NCBI GenBank assembly: GCA_008690995.1 | Contig: VRMN01000005.1 | Location: forward strand, 868,001 to 932,000 | DNA: 64,000 nucleotides | Reading direction: 5' to 3' | From: Porphyridium purpureum | Lineage: Eukaryota | In this document: piece after piece, positions 1 through 12,000 of the stretch | Layout of the letters: every line of letters starts with the position of its first letter | Position numbering within the stretch: the stretch's first letter is position 1 | Translations under genes and position numbers: made by a program | The notes under the pieces: generated by a model | Told to the model about the DNA's origin: nothing | Seen by the model: only the letters and a program-made list of their open reading frames with translations | The model's database searches: none

Positions 1-1
1 C

Positions 2-115
2 ATTCGAGCCATACGCCATGCAGGGCCTTTCCAGCACCACGACACCTACCAAATTTCCGACGCCAAGCAAGGCGCAGCGCTTGGCGAGCAGATTGCGGCG
101 CTTTTCGCTAAGTAG
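2..115 (+). CDS. Possible 3' end of an unidentified gene entering from the left edge
   Basis: Open frame from base 2 (IRAIRHAGPF...IAALFAK) to TAG at 113-115, with protein-like composition; no family recognised. Confidence 0.35.
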   Translation: MRAIRHAGPFQHHDTYQISDAKQGAALGEQIAALFAK

Positions 116-702
116 TCCGTGAATGAGGTTGCGACGAAATGGAGGTCGTGGCATGACATAAACCGCTAGGCCTGCAAGGCAGGACAAGCTACGTACACGA
201 AATCACCAGATGAACCCGCTTTGAGCGGCCAAGCGCGCGAATGTTGCGGTGATGCAGTCGACTCAAGGACTCGCACTTCAATTGCACGCATGGTGCACAG
301 CGCATTCGTTTGATTTCGGCGCATGCGTCAAGTTCCCATACGATTCCGTCGCTCTTTTCGTACGAATCGTGCAGGCGCGCACCAGACCGATTGGAGATCC
401 TCTTTCTAGCGTTGTTGAAAGCTGCGATCGTGTGGTTGGCGGAGCGGCCCGAGCATGCGAAGAGTTCGAGTGGGTGGCGTTTGCTTACAAACTTTATTGT
501 GCAGAACGGAATGCCATTCTGGAGATGCTGTAACGTCGCCAACTCTGTCGACAATCGCTGCGCGCAGAAACACAAACCATAACATATGACGCATGCCCTC
601 GGCTTTACTTTTAAGCACTGTGCAGAATATGGACTTGAAACATTCATGGGGACGGGCCTTGCCACAACAATGCGGCTTGACCCTGCATTCTCTCTCCCTC
701 TC

Positions 703-2136
703 TTATCTGTCGATTTCACCAAACACGGCGTCAATCGTACCGAGCACCGTGACCACATCAGCCACCATATGGCCCTTGGTCATGAAATTCAGACCCTGAA
801 GATGCGCAAAGCCCGGTGCACGAATCTTGCATCGATACGGTCGATTGGACCCGTCGGATACAAGGAGCACACCAAACTCGCCCTTTGGCGCCTCCACTGC
901 GGTGTACGTCTCACCCGCCGGCACCGAGAAGCCTTCAGAATACAGCTTGAAGTGATGGATCAATGACTCCATCGATTGTTTCATCTGTGTGCGACTAGGC
1001 GGAGCGATCTTGCGATCGTCCACCTTGATTTCGCCCTCGGGCATTTGGTTCATACACTGCTCGATGATATGGATCGACTGGCGCATTTCCTCCATGCGGC
1101 ACAAGTAGCGATCAAAGCAGTCGCCGTTCACACCCGTGGGCACGATGAAATCCACCTCATCGTATGCATCGTACGGCTGCGCTTTACGCAGGTCCCAGCC
1201 CACACCGCTTCCGCGCAACATCACGCCAGAAAAGCCCCACGCGAGCGCCTCTTCCGCCGATACAACCCCAATGTCGACGAGGCGGATCTTCCAAATACGA
1301 TTGCCGGTAAGTAACTCTTCCATCTCGTCAATGCGGCTTGGGAACTGCTTGCAGAATGCGTAAATATCGTCCATGAGCCCTAGCGGCAGGTCGCTCGCCA
1401 CACCACCGGGTCGCACGTATGCAGAGTGCAGCCGCGCGCCAGACACGCGCTCGTAAAATTCCATCATTTTCTCGCGCTCTTCAAATGCCCACAGGAAGGG
1501 GGTTAGAGCACCCACGTCCATCGCGTGGCAAGGAACGGCAAGAAGATGATTCAGAATACGAGTGATTTCGCCAAACATTGTACGAATATACTTTGCGCGC
1601 GGAGGTGCTTCAATCTTCAGCAGCTTTTCGACGGCTAGCGAGTAGCACTGCTCTTGGGCCATCATCGATACGTAGTCCAGGCGGTCAAAGTATGGCAGCG
1701 CCTGCAGGTACGTCTTGTGCTCAATCAGTTTCTCTGTGCCACGGTGAAGCAGGCCGATGTGCGGGTCCGCGCGCTGCACAACCTCACCATCAAGCTCCAG
1801 GACGAGGCGAAGCACACCGTGCGCCGCGGGGTGCTGTGGCCCAAAGTTGAGCGTGAAATGCGTGACGCGCTTCTGCGCCTCAATGTCTGCGGTAATGCGC
1901 TGCTTTTCATACTCAGTAAGATCCGAGTACGCCACCTCGTCGGCAATCTCCTGGACCAACTCGCGCATGTCCGCGCCCGCCGAAATCTTTGGCCGCACCA
2001 CAAACGCACGCCTCTGCATGTGCGTCAACGCACAACCCGCCGCCGAGTTCACGCCACCGGTTCCCCCTCCCACACGATTTGCAGCCAGCACTCGGCCTGC
2101 GCCCCGCAGCGCCTGCGACACGCGAAGTCCAAACAT
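703..2136 (-). CDS. NDUFS2: NADH:ubiquinone oxidoreductase 49 kDa subunit (Nad7), nuclear-encoded, with mitochondrial presequence
   Basis: Motifs [41 protein letters not shown] and C-terminal VFGEIDR. First ATG at 2136 gives an Arg/Ala/Gly-rich leader ([15 protein letters not shown]). Confidence 0.97.
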   Translation of the reverse strand: MFGLRVSQALRGAGRVLAANRVGGGTGGVNSAAGCALTHMQRRAFVVRPKISAGADMRELVQEIADEVAYSDLTEYEKQRITADIEAQKRVTHFTLNFGPQHPAAHGVLRLVLELDGEVVQRADPHIGLLHRGTEKLIEHKTYLQALPYFDRLDYVSMMAQEQCYSLAVEKLLKIEAPPRAKYIRTMFGEITRILNHLLAVPCHAMDVGALTPFLWAFEEREKMMEFYERVSGARLHSAYVRPGGVASDLPLGLMDDIYAFCKQFPSRIDEMEELLTGNRIWKIRLVDIGVVSAEEALAWGFSGVMLRGSGVGWDLRKAQPYDAYDEVDFIVPTGVNGDCFDRYLCRMEEMRQSIHIIEQCMNQMPEGEIKVDDRKIAPPSRTQMKQSMESLIHHFKLYSEGFSVPAGETYTAVEAPKGEFGVLLVSDGSNRPYRCKIRAPGFAHLQGLNFMTKGHMVADVVTVLGTIDAVFGEIDR

Positions 2137-2764
2137 GCTCCCCTCTTCCTCCCCAAACACGGCTTGGTCCGTTCCCAACCAATTCGAATCCGCGGCCACC
2201 ACGCACGGGGGCGACCTCCGGGTTCGTGTCGAGCTTGTTTCTCACACGCACACTCAGGTCACTTCAGGGCGCCACGTCTGTTGTCCGCGGACTTCCTGTC
2301 AACCCGCGCGTCGTCCCGCACTGCCGTCAATCCCGTGACTCACACACGCGCGACCGCTCCTTAGCCTTTCCTTCCTCTTCCCCTCCCCACCCGCACGCAC
2401 TTTGTTCCACCAAAACCGGCATCGAACCCGAGCGTTTCAGCATTCGTTTGCAATACGCATTGCGTCCTATAAAACATAAGCGTTTTATCAGACCGCGGTA
2501 ATGCGCACGCCCGTGGCTTGATACCCAGGTGTACACGCACTGAACACGTTCCACTTTGTGGTTGCATGGCGTGCCGCATTGCTTTGTAATGGGAGCTCAA
2601 AAAGCGTGCTAAAATGTATGGATTCAGAAGGAACATGTAATGCGGAAGATGATTGAGTACAGTGGGTACAGTTACGGAGATTGATTGCGCGTGCACGTTT
2701 GTGTGCGCGGCGGTGTGGGAAGAGCGGAGCGCGTGTGTGTGTGGGGAAGGAGGGAATGGACGGG

Positions 2765-4276
2765 ATGATGGCGTTCACGGGGAACTGCGCGGCGTTCGGA
2801 AGAGCCGGCGCGGTGTCTGCGGGAACGGCGGTAGTATGCCGGCCGCGGTTTCGTGGCGCCGGGGTGGCGCCGCTGCGCATGGCGAAGCAGGGCGGCGCCG
2901 CCAGCAATAAGAAGCAGAAGAAGGGCAAGCGCGCAGATGCGGCGGGCACGGGCGCGTCTGGAAACGGAACGCAGCAGGCTCAGTCTTCGGCGCCTGAAAA
3001 GGTAAATGCGCGCTCGGAAGAAGGTGTGGAGGTCGGCGGCGACGATGACTTTGTGCCGCTGATTGCGGGCGATCGCGGCGTGCTGAAGCGCACACTCAGG
3101 GCGCCAGACGATGCGGCGGCGGCGGTGCCTCAACAAGGACAGCGCGTCGCGATTACATACACAGCACGGCTGTATCCATCTGGCGAGGTGGTCGACTCCA
3201 TGCAGGATCCTGCGGCGCCGTATGTGTTTGAGCTCGGCGCCGGAAAGGTCGTGCGAGCATGGGAAGTTGGCGTCGCGGCAATGCAAGTGGGTGAGCAGGC
3301 GACTTTCAGGTGCGCCCCAGAGTATACCTTTGAAGATAAAGGCTTGCCGCCACAAATTCCGCCAGGAGCGACGCTGGAGTTTGACATTGAGCTGCTCACG
3401 TGCGGGGGTGATCAACAAACGGAAGAGGAAGCAGGCGCGTACGGCGCACCCTCGATTAAGACGTACATGGAAGAGCGCGACTTTGCCAAATTCGGTGTCA
3501 CCGACGACGTAGACGATGAGGACGAGCGCCGTCGGTTAGATATTTCTGCGGGCGTGGAAAACTTGCTAGACCCTTTTGAGGCGGACAGGGCGAAGCGCCT
3601 GGCGACAAAGCAGCAGATTAACCAGGATGTCGTAGTGACAGAGGACAATGGTGTACTGAAGCGAATCCTTTCCACTGGAAGGGGCGAGCTGGTGGCGAAC
3701 GGGGCCGAGGTGCGTGTCAATTATATTGGTAGGCTACCGGATGCGGAAAATAAGGTGTTTGATTCGAGCTACGACCGCGGCAAGCCGTTCACTTTTCGCG
3801 TGGGCACAGGGAAAGTCATTCGAGGCTGGGATGAAGCGTTGCTCACAATGAAAGAGGGCGAAAAATGCGTGCTCACTATCCGCCCAGAGTATGCGTACGG
3901 AAGTCGGGGCGTTCCGCCAGTGATCCCACCGAACGCCGTGCTGGAGTTTGAAATGGAGGTTCTGCAAGTGGAAATGGTCAAAGAGAACCGCACGTTTGCT
4001 GACAACAACCCGTCAGTCCCGCGCACACCTTCGACGATTTCAAAGGCATACACGCAGAAGATCGACGATTTGCAAGCGGCCAAGGACCGCGGCGAGAAGG
4101 TTTCGTTCTGGGATCGCTTCTACTTCATCTCACCCTTCCAATCTGCAACGGGCGAAAAGCCACCGTGGTGGCTTGACCCGCGCATCACGTTCACGTTGGC
4201 CTTTGCTCTGCTTGGTCTTGCCTTTTACATCGTGCTCCAGGCGAATGGCATCCACGAAGGCTACCGATACGACTAG
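2765..4276 (+). CDS. FKBP-type peptidyl-prolyl isomerase with two FKBP domains, plastid transit peptide and C-terminal TM helix
   Basis: Two FKBP domains (FELGAGKVVRAWEVG...IPPGATLEFDIEL; FDSSYDRGKPF...GWDEAL...YAYG...IPPNAVLEFE), an MAF- N-terminus and a hydrophobic ITFTLAFALLGLAFYIVL tail. Start could be ATG 2756, 2765 or 2768. Confidence 0.9.
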   Translation: MMAFTGNCAAFGRAGAVSAGTAVVCRPRFRGAGVAPLRMAKQGGAASNKKQKKGKRADAAGTGASGNGTQQAQSSAPEKVNARSEEGVEVGGDDDFVPLIAGDRGVLKRTLRAPDDAAAAVPQQGQRVAITYTARLYPSGEVVDSMQDPAAPYVFELGAGKVVRAWEVGVAAMQVGEQATFRCAPEYTFEDKGLPPQIPPGATLEFDIELLTCGGDQQTEEEAGAYGAPSIKTYMEERDFAKFGVTDDVDDEDERRRLDISAGVENLLDPFEADRAKRLATKQQINQDVVVTEDNGVLKRILSTGRGELVANGAEVRVNYIGRLPDAENKVFDSSYDRGKPFTFRVGTGKVIRGWDEALLTMKEGEKCVLTIRPEYAYGSRGVPPVIPPNAVLEFEMEVLQVEMVKENRTFADNNPSVPRTPSTISKAYTQKIDDLQAAKDRGEKVSFWDRFYFISPFQSATGEKPPWWLDPRITFTLAFALLGLAFYIVLQANGIHEGYRYD

Positions 4277-4756
4277 AGGACTCTGAAAGCATCATTTGTG
4301 CCGAGGATGCACGGCACGGGTGACGTGCACCTGTGCAGGGAAGAACAGGCTCTGTCGTGCGGCTTTGGCGACGAGCGTGCAGGCAGCGCACGCTCAGGGG
4401 TGCGGAAGAGTTTGGGATATACTGTCGTGCGGTACGAGTTGGTGTGAAAAGGTCGAGTCTCGTGCTATTCCTTCTTTCATTTCGCCCCCTTATCGTTTCG
4501 CAAAGAGAGCAACTCAACGCTTCATGGTTGAACCAGTGTGCTCTTTGGATCGTGTGATGTCCTCACGATGAGTGGTGTGGATATTCGAAGCCAAACGCGC
4601 CGCAAGTCTCTGGTTGGCTGCCGACAAAGGGTGCTCTCGCTCGTGGCTTTGTATTTTATATCGTCGTCATAAAAGGTGCCGCTCTTGTCCGCATTGTGTG
4701 TGTCCAAAAGTGCTCGACTGCGCGTGCAAACTTTCTTACCAACCTTTTCACTTTCT

Positions 4757-5812
4757 TTATTGCTTCAACACAAACCTCCGGATCGCTTCCGACACACCGC
4801 CTTCGTTATTGGATCGGACCTCGAAATCTGCTGCGGCTTTCACCGATGGCAAGGCGTTACCGACGGCGCATCCAATGCCCGCAAACTTGAGCATTTCAAG
4901 GTCGTTTTCGGCGTCTCCGATCGCCATCAATTCCGAAAAGGAGAAGCCCAGGTGATCAAGAAGGCGCCTGACTCCGTCGCCCTTGGATGCACCCAATGGC
5001 AGAATTTCGAGCATGTCGGCTTGAGCCTGGGTGAGCGTGGCCTCACCGACAAGCAGTTCACGGAACGCCGGGCGGTGGGTATCAATAAATTGCTCGTCCG
5101 CAATAAGCAGCGCCTTATTGATTGAGTAGCTTCCGCCCATAATCTTTTCCACCAGCTCGGCATCGGTTTCGGCCTGCGGTTCATGATACTCTGTGAGGGA
5201 ATCAACGAGATTCTGGTTCCTTGCACTCATGGGCTCGCAAAGAATACGATCGCCAGAGTAGGCGACCCATGCGCAGTCGAGATCCCGTGCCTTTTGGGCC
5301 ACCTTTGCCACCACGCCCGGTTCGAGTGCGCGTTCGTACAGGAGCTCCCCGCCCTCCTTGTACACGACGAGGCCCTGCAGGTACACGCCGGGCGATGTTA
5401 CGCCGAGTCGTGATTTCAGAGGCTCGCAAAACGAATTGAGCGCGCCAATCCGTGACTTGCCCGTTGCCGGGAAGAACGCGATTCCGGCATCCATCATTTC
5501 TACAATGGTGCGGGATACGTCATCCGGCAGAGTGTGTCCTGTGGTCAGCAGCGTCCCGTCCACGTCGCTGGCCACCACCTTAATCTCCGGCAGCCCCAAA
5601 ACGCTTGGCGCTAGGCCATGCGTCTCGGTCGTTTGCGCTGCAACAGCAGAGGCTCCTGCGATATCCACGCGGTCACTTCGCGCGCACTGGCGCACCGACA
5701 GCGGCAAGCGTCCGGGCGCCACCACGACACCACCATATCCAGCCCGGCAACGCGCGAAGCCTCGCAGGTCGGCACGAGACGCGCCTCCAAGCGGAACGCT
5801 CACAAACGCCAT
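4757..5812 (-). CDS. Cof-type HAD-superfamily hydrolase, probably plastid-targeted
   Basis: Motif I DVDGTLL, motif II ATGK, SKG, motif IV GDAENDLEML; MAFV- transit peptide. Confidence 0.93.
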   Translation of the reverse strand: MAFVSVPLGGASRADLRGFARCRAGYGGVVVAPGRLPLSVRQCARSDRVDIAGASAVAAQTTETHGLAPSVLGLPEIKVVASDVDGTLLTTGHTLPDDVSRTIVEMMDAGIAFFPATGKSRIGALNSFCEPLKSRLGVTSPGVYLQGLVVYKEGGELLYERALEPGVVAKVAQKARDLDCAWVAYSGDRILCEPMSARNQNLVDSLTEYHEPQAETDAELVEKIMGGSYSINKALLIADEQFIDTHRPAFRELLVGEATLTQAQADMLEILPLGASKGDGVRRLLDHLGFSFSELMAIGDAENDLEMLKFAGIGCAVGNALPSVKAAADFEVRSNNEGGVSEAIRRFVLKQ

Positions 5813-6055
5813 GTCGTAAGGGTCAACTTGTCAGCCAGTGGACCACGTCCACGCCGCAGTGTGCGACCTTTTCCTCGTCCTCGCGAGCCGATGACGCCTG
5901 CAGTGGCGCGAACGAATACCGCTGGCGTTCCTCTGCGTTCCGCGCCACAAAACCAAGCGCCCTCGGCCGCGTGTTCCAATCGCCACCTGACCCGTGACCC
6001 GATGCCGTTTTCAAAGCAGGTGACGCTCTGGTTCACCCTTGGAAGCAAGTACAGT

Positions 6056-7408
6056 TCAAAACGCGAGCTCAGACGTGAAGAAGGCGCAGACCTGCAGGAG
6101 GGCAGACTCACCAAAGGCGTCGATGATGCGAGCATGTAGTGTTTGCGGCAGCGGCGCCTGCACGTTCACGTGTGGCGAGCAGGGCAACGTATAGTGGCGA
6201 GCTAATTGGTACGCGCGCGCGAGCGCAAGATACGCGTGAAGCACGAGTTGGCGTTGCCGGTGGTGATGCTCTGGAAGCGAATGCTGATCGCCGCTGGCTT
6301 GAGACGCCAGCCTGTCGAGTTGCTCGAGGCGCTTATCCAACGTGCGTTCAAGGCTGCTGCCGTGCAGTGCGACTGCCCAGAAAAGCAGTTTGCCACCGAT
6401 TTGGCAGAGCACATCGAGGGCGCTGCATATCACGCCCAGCGCGTGCGCGTCTGCACCCACTAGCGCGACCACGATCGTCTTTGCGATTCGCGGACGTAGC
6501 GTAAAAGTAGAACTTGTCATTGCCCAGATTCGCATCAAGACTTGAACCGAAGCGCGCCGCATGTCCAGCTGCTTGTCGAGCTCAGTCTCATCCTCAATAC
6601 GCGAGCTGAGCACGCAAGTTAGCACAACGGGCGTCAGGTGCTCCAGGTACGTCTCCACGCCAAAAGCCGGGTGTACAAGCAGCGTGTGACACAACGCCAT
6701 ACTCCTCGAAAGCACTTGCACACGCCTTTCCGCAACACCAATCAAAACCTCGTCGTGAATGAGTCGCACGAGATGTGGTAGCTCAGCGCGCAGCGCGTCC
6801 GTGCGGAGCATCATCACGCGCGCTTCAAGCAGACGGAATTCTTCTTCCGAGCCGCTCTTGATCACGCGTCGGCCAAACGCGTATATTCCGTCGGAGTGTT
6901 CAAGCTCACTGCCGTTCGCAATGTCTGGCACTTTCGGCAACGTTGGCAGGCTCGAACGCCTTTCTTGTGGATTGCCCGTACCACTGCCTTCAAGCGCGAG
7001 CCATTCGGCTCGGACGCTCGGAATGCACCAGCGCTCGGTAGGAAGCGGTTCGTCAAGTACCTGCGCCAGATGCACGCGGGGCTCCTTTACAATGAACAGT
7101 CCGTCGGCGACGCACTGGAAGCCCGCCAGCGGGCCGTGCGCACCGACGTGGCCCCACACGGGTTCCATGCCGTGCGTCTGCAGTGCCACGTTCAAATCGC
7201 GCGTCGCTAGGCGGCAGCGCCGCGAGTTGCGCATAATTGCCTGCGCCGTATCGATCACCGTGCGAATGCGCACGTCCGCACTCATCGCGAGCAACATGCA
7301 AACTTCGTCGCTCAACTCACCGACGCCCGGCACGCTCTGCGCAATCACGCGAATGCTCTCGGCGCTAATGCTGCTGGGTGCAGCGGCGCCCTTTGGCACT
7401 GATTCCAT
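6056..7408 (-). CDS. TAF6: TAF6/TAF6L-like TFIID/SAGA subunit
   Basis: N-terminal H4-like histone fold (ESIRVIAQS...MRNSRRCRLATRDLNVAL), WLALEG motif, HEAT region with YLEHLTPVVLTCV. Confidence 0.85.
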   Translation of the reverse strand: MESVPKGAAAPSSISAESIRVIAQSVPGVGELSDEVCMLLAMSADVRIRTVIDTAQAIMRNSRRCRLATRDLNVALQTHGMEPVWGHVGAHGPLAGFQCVADGLFIVKEPRVHLAQVLDEPLPTERWCIPSVRAEWLALEGSGTGNPQERRSSLPTLPKVPDIANGSELEHSDGIYAFGRRVIKSGSEEEFRLLEARVMMLRTDALRAELPHLVRLIHDEVLIGVAERRVQVLSRSMALCHTLLVHPAFGVETYLEHLTPVVLTCVLSSRIEDETELDKQLDMRRASVQVLMRIWAMTSSTFTLRPRIAKTIVVALVGADAHALGVICSALDVLCQIGGKLLFWAVALHGSSLERTLDKRLEQLDRLASQASGDQHSLPEHHHRQRQLVLHAYLALARAYQLARHYTLPCSPHVNVQAPLPQTLHARIIDAFGESALLQVCAFFTSELAF

Positions 7409-7939
7409 GATGTTAAAACGAACTCACAGCCGTTCGACCTCTCGGGCGCGAGTCGTCGCGACGCGGCACGATCCAAATGACGAGGTCTCCTTCGACCCTC
7501 GAGTTACTCGCTTGTTCGGGCTTCTTGCCGCACAGTCCGGCTCTCTTGTGGAGTGTGGCGCTGATACGCTCACAACCCAGTCTGTCCAAATTTGTTTCGG
7601 GTGCAACCCGACGCGATGCGCGCGCAAACGTGCTCCTGGTGCGAGATCATTTGGGCGTGACAGGTTTCCATCAAACGTTTATTTGTTCAGAACATGCCAG
7701 CACTGCACAGTATAATTAGAGACAAGGACGGTGTTGCGCGCGCGCGCCAGCAGGAAAGAGCCACGCTGTGGTTCCCGCAGCGTCCACTCGGATGGACTGA
7801 GGCCACAAGTGGTCAGGCTCGCCGTCGGGATCAAACGCGCGGCACACGTCGCCTTCCACATGTGGAGCAGGAATATGCGGTATGCGCCGGGCCGCGCGGG
7901 CGGCGGAAGCGACGCTGGCCCACTGACGCCTTGGCGCGC

Positions 7940-8185
7940 CTAGAATCCCTCGCGCTTGTTCCTGTTCAGAAACATGTCATACTGCCCCGCGAACGCCATA
8001 CCCAGCGTGACCACGAGCGCCGCGGCGGTCGCGCGCACGAGAATCTTATCGCGCGTGTGGATCACGTGCGTGTAAGCGCCGGCCATCTTGCGCTCATGCG
8101 TGAACTTGACCAACTCCGGCACGCGGTTCTTCTTCCCGGCAAAGATCTTGCCCAACCTCTCCATCGCATTCTCAAACGCCTCCAT
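7940..8185 (-). CDS. Cytochrome c oxidase subunit VIIa-like small membrane protein (81 aa)
   Basis: NRVPELVK...H...DKIL, one TM helix, then G.Y.M...K.E, matching the COX7a pattern; ATG at 8185, with a (GA)n tract upstream. Confidence 0.7.
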   Translation of the reverse strand: MEAFENAMERLGKIFAGKKNRVPELVKFTHERKMAGAYTHVIHTRDKILVRATAAALVVTLGMAFAGQYDMFLNRNKREGF

Positions 8186-8228
8186 CTTGTCCCCCACTCG
8201 CACAGCACAGCACAAACCTCACCCCACC

Positions 8229-8252
8229 CTCTCTCTCTCTCTCTCTCTCTCT
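8229..8252. repeat. (CT)n microsatellite in the 5' region of the COX7a-like gene
   Basis: Direct reading. A similar tract lies at ~38385-38407 upstream of the ARID gene. Confidence 0.9.
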
Positions 8253-9061
8253 AACCCCCTTTCTCTTCCTCCCCGACCACCACACCAACAACCACTCCCT
8301 GTTCCCACTCCCACTCTTCGGCCTCTTACCCGGCTGCTTCTCCCGTTCCTCCTTCTCCTTCCTCATCAACTCACCGCGTTCGTCCTGTCTCGTGTTCGTA
8401 TCAAAACCACCCTCCTTTCCTATAAACCTCGCACCACGCACACTGTACACCCAACCGAACACGCTGACAGTACCACCAACTGAACCCACACAGTACCCAC
8501 TGTACACCCGCGCTGAGTGACCTGTCGTTTTGGCGTTGTTCTTTTTTTGGACGTTGTGTCAGCAAGCGGCGCGCAAGAACGGTGCTATGAAAACGCGCGT
8601 GGTTTGGTATGACGCGGCACCGCGCTCCGTTGAGAATATTTCTTAGGTTCACATAGAAAAACGATGGGGTTGCTTTTTCTTTTTGGATTGTAGGGAAGAG
8701 AGCGGAGAGGGTGGGAAGGGGGGAAAGGTGTATGTGTGTGTGTGTTTGTGTGTGTCGTGTGAGTGCATGCATGTATGCATGCATGTTGGTGGGTAGGCAG
8801 GCGCGCGCGAGTACGTGCATGAGCCGTTGCGTCCTGAGGTCTGGATGCAACGCGGCGTGGATCTAGAGTTGGAGCACGCGGGTGCATAAGTGAGAGCGTG
8901 TGTGCATAGCGCCGCGTCGTGCTTGCTGGTCGGTGTGCGTTTGTGTGTGGGGGCGCGCTGACGTCGGTCGGCAGAGTGGGATCGGATTCTGTAGTTGCGG
9001 CATTGACGGGCAGAGGCAGAGACAGGTGCGCATTGTCGCGCGTGGCCCGCGTCGAGTCGCG

Positions 9062-12000
9062 ATGAGCGCGCGCGCATCCGCCGAGGAGCTGCCGCATGAG
9101 TTCCTGGCGCGGCTGCAGCCGGTGCTGCAGTACATCACGGAACTGGCCGTGTGTGCGCGGCCGCGCAACGTGCCCAAGTTTTTGGCCCAGGCGCTCGTAC
9201 TCAAGTATAGCGTCTCGCAGGACGCGCTGAGCGACGCGCAGCTCGCCGACTTTGCGGACGCCATCGAAGACTTGCCACCGCCGTCGCGAACACGGAAAGG
9301 CAGCTCTGCTACCGCCGGTGATGAGACTGCCATCGATGGTGAAGATGAAGAGGACCCCAGTTTTGCAATGTACTTGAATGCAAAGGCATTGCTGTCTATG
9401 GACCTCGAGTCGCCAGAGGCAGAAGACTTGCTGTATCCGATTTTCCGCCACTTTGACCAAAACAACGATGGCTATTTAGACTTGAAGGAATTCCAGGATG
9501 CCATTGACGCGGCCGCGATCGGGCTGAGTGAAGACGAAATTGCGGGCGAGCTGCGCGACCACGACCCGGAACTGGAAGGGCAGATTTCGTTCTTTGCGTT
9601 CAAGCCGGTGTGTGTCGAATTGATCTGCGCCGTGTTTGCTCGCGCGGCCGCGCTGGAGGTGCACGAAGAGTCATTGGGCGAAGCCATGGCCAAGGCATCC
9701 GCCACAATCAAGGGTTACAGCAAGGCAGATCTCGGCTCGCTGTTCTCGTCGGTGTTTTGCGAGTACGATTTGGACGAGGACGAAAACATCACGTACGAGG
9801 AATTTGCTGCATGCATTGTGAATGAGAACCTGGGGCTTTCAGCAGATGAGATCGATGCGCTGTGCAAGAAGGCTGACCCGGAGAGCACGTTTCTGATTTC
9901 GTACGAACGCTTTGTGCCGGTGTACGCTGAAATCATGTACCTTAACCAGGTTCGTGAATTGCTGCGCGAGGAAGCGATCTCACTGATGCTCACAAGTGGC
10001 ACAGTAGGTGAGCTGGCTGCGCACCTGCAGAATGTCTTCCAGTCCTTTGACGAGGGCTCTGGGCGTTTTTCGCCCGAGCAGCTTGCTGTGATTCTGTCAG
10101 AAGCCGGGCTGTCGCTGTCGCGCATGTTATTGGCAACCATGGTCGGCATGGCGGCCGTGGATTCCGACGGCACCGTCGACTATAGCCTGTACATTGCGAC
10201 TGGCGCTTATTTGCTCAACTACTACAGAAAGTGCAAAGCGATGAAGCGGCACAAATCAGTGCGCACGATGAATCGCATGTCGTCGCAAGACCTGAACGCG
10301 CGTGTGATCGCTCGTGCGACAGGGGGACAGAGTGTGGCGGACTTTTCTGAGAGCGTGCGACAGGCATTCGGGCTTTTGGACGAGGACGGCGACGGCTTTA
10401 TCGGACGTGACGAACTGCTGCGCCATTTTGAGCAGCAGGGCGCCACGAACGTCGACGAAGATGTTGTCGACGCCATGATACATAGTTTTGGTGTTGGCAA
10501 ATTGCACCAGCTCAACGTGGTCGGCTTTCGGCGTGTCGTGTATGAGCTCATGAAAGAAATGCACGCGGGCGATGACACGCGGTCCGCATCGGGGTCGGCG
10601 CGCCGCATCTCAAACAGGAGCGGGAGCGGTGTGCACGTTGACGACCTAGACGTGTCGGACGAATACTTTGACAGTGGCGATGCGGCGGGCGAAGATGATG
10701 GAGTATCTGACGAGATTGAAGACACCGAATTGGAGTATCTTCGGTATTCAGAACTGGACGAACAGCGGCGACAGTTTCAGGAGCTTTTCGCCGAGGATGT
10801 ACGTATGCGAAAGATATTCTCTAACTTTGATCCGGATGGTACGGGCGTGCTCGACTTTCGCGTTCTGTCGCGTGCCATTCGAAAGCTTGAGATTCTCAAG
10901 GAGATGCCCGCAGCGTCTAAAATGGGTATGCTGGCGATGCTAGGCTACAAGCAGCAACAGACGCAGCAAAATGACGACGAAGATGAGAACAACATGATGA
11001 ACTACGAGGCGTTTTGCAACCTGATTGCCGCCTTAATTACGGATAATGATCAGCAGGACAATGTCGATCGTTTTCTCCTTGAGCTGCTCGACAAGGTACC
11101 GACGCGGAAAGTCGGGTTTTCTCCCGCGCAGCCGGGTCCCGGGGGCCCCGGCGGAGCAGGCACGAAATTTAACCGCACGTTCACGCGCGGTTTCAGCGTG
11201 GATCCGGTACTGGCAAGTGAAAGTGCAGCCTTTGTGCGCAGTAGCTCAGACCGAGAGTTTATTATGGATGCGGCACTCGTCGAGTCGATCATGAAGATGT
11301 CACTTGCAGAGTTTGACGACCAGCTTTGTGCTGCGTTTGTCAAGGCAGACCAGAACGAGGACGACCGTCTGGACCTTCCTGAACTGCTTGGTTACTTTAG
11401 GAGCCAGAAGTTGCCACTGGGCTATGGCGCAACGCGCGCGCTCATTGACTTGTTTGGTGAACCAGAGAGCCAGTCCGTGGATATAAATGGCTTTCGTCGT
11501 ATTGTTTACGACGTGGTGATCCTCTTCGAGAAGGAGAGCCAGCAGGAGCAGCTGGAGGAAAAGGACGAAGAGGTTCAGCGGATGATGCAGCATCGTGCCA
11601 TGAGTGTTCGCTCCGCACGGCAGGATGGGCGGCTGCAATTATTATTTGATGCTTGGGATACACAGCATCGGGGTTATGTCGACTTTTCGGACCTGGTTCG
11701 CGCGATTGCCAAGCTTGAGACGCTTGCTGGTAGTGGCGCCGCTCGAAGCAGCGACGATCGTACCGATGATGGCAGACAGAATGGGGCAGGCTCGGCGGCG
11801 CGCATGGCGCTGCGCGCACTCATGAAGTACGATTCACACAAACAGAACAGGCTGGACTTGGACGCGTTTGCGAACGTTATCGTTGACCTGTGCGTGTCAC
11901 AATTTGGGACGGCAGACTTTGGCTCGCTTGCAGATCACCTGCTTAGTGTGGCGAGGAACAAATCGATTCCGGTCATTCGCGCGAACAGCAGCAGAAATCT

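Noticed and set aside
189..758. Short overlapping ORFs between the left-edge gene and nad7
   Set aside because: No motifs; consistent with convergent 3' UTRs.
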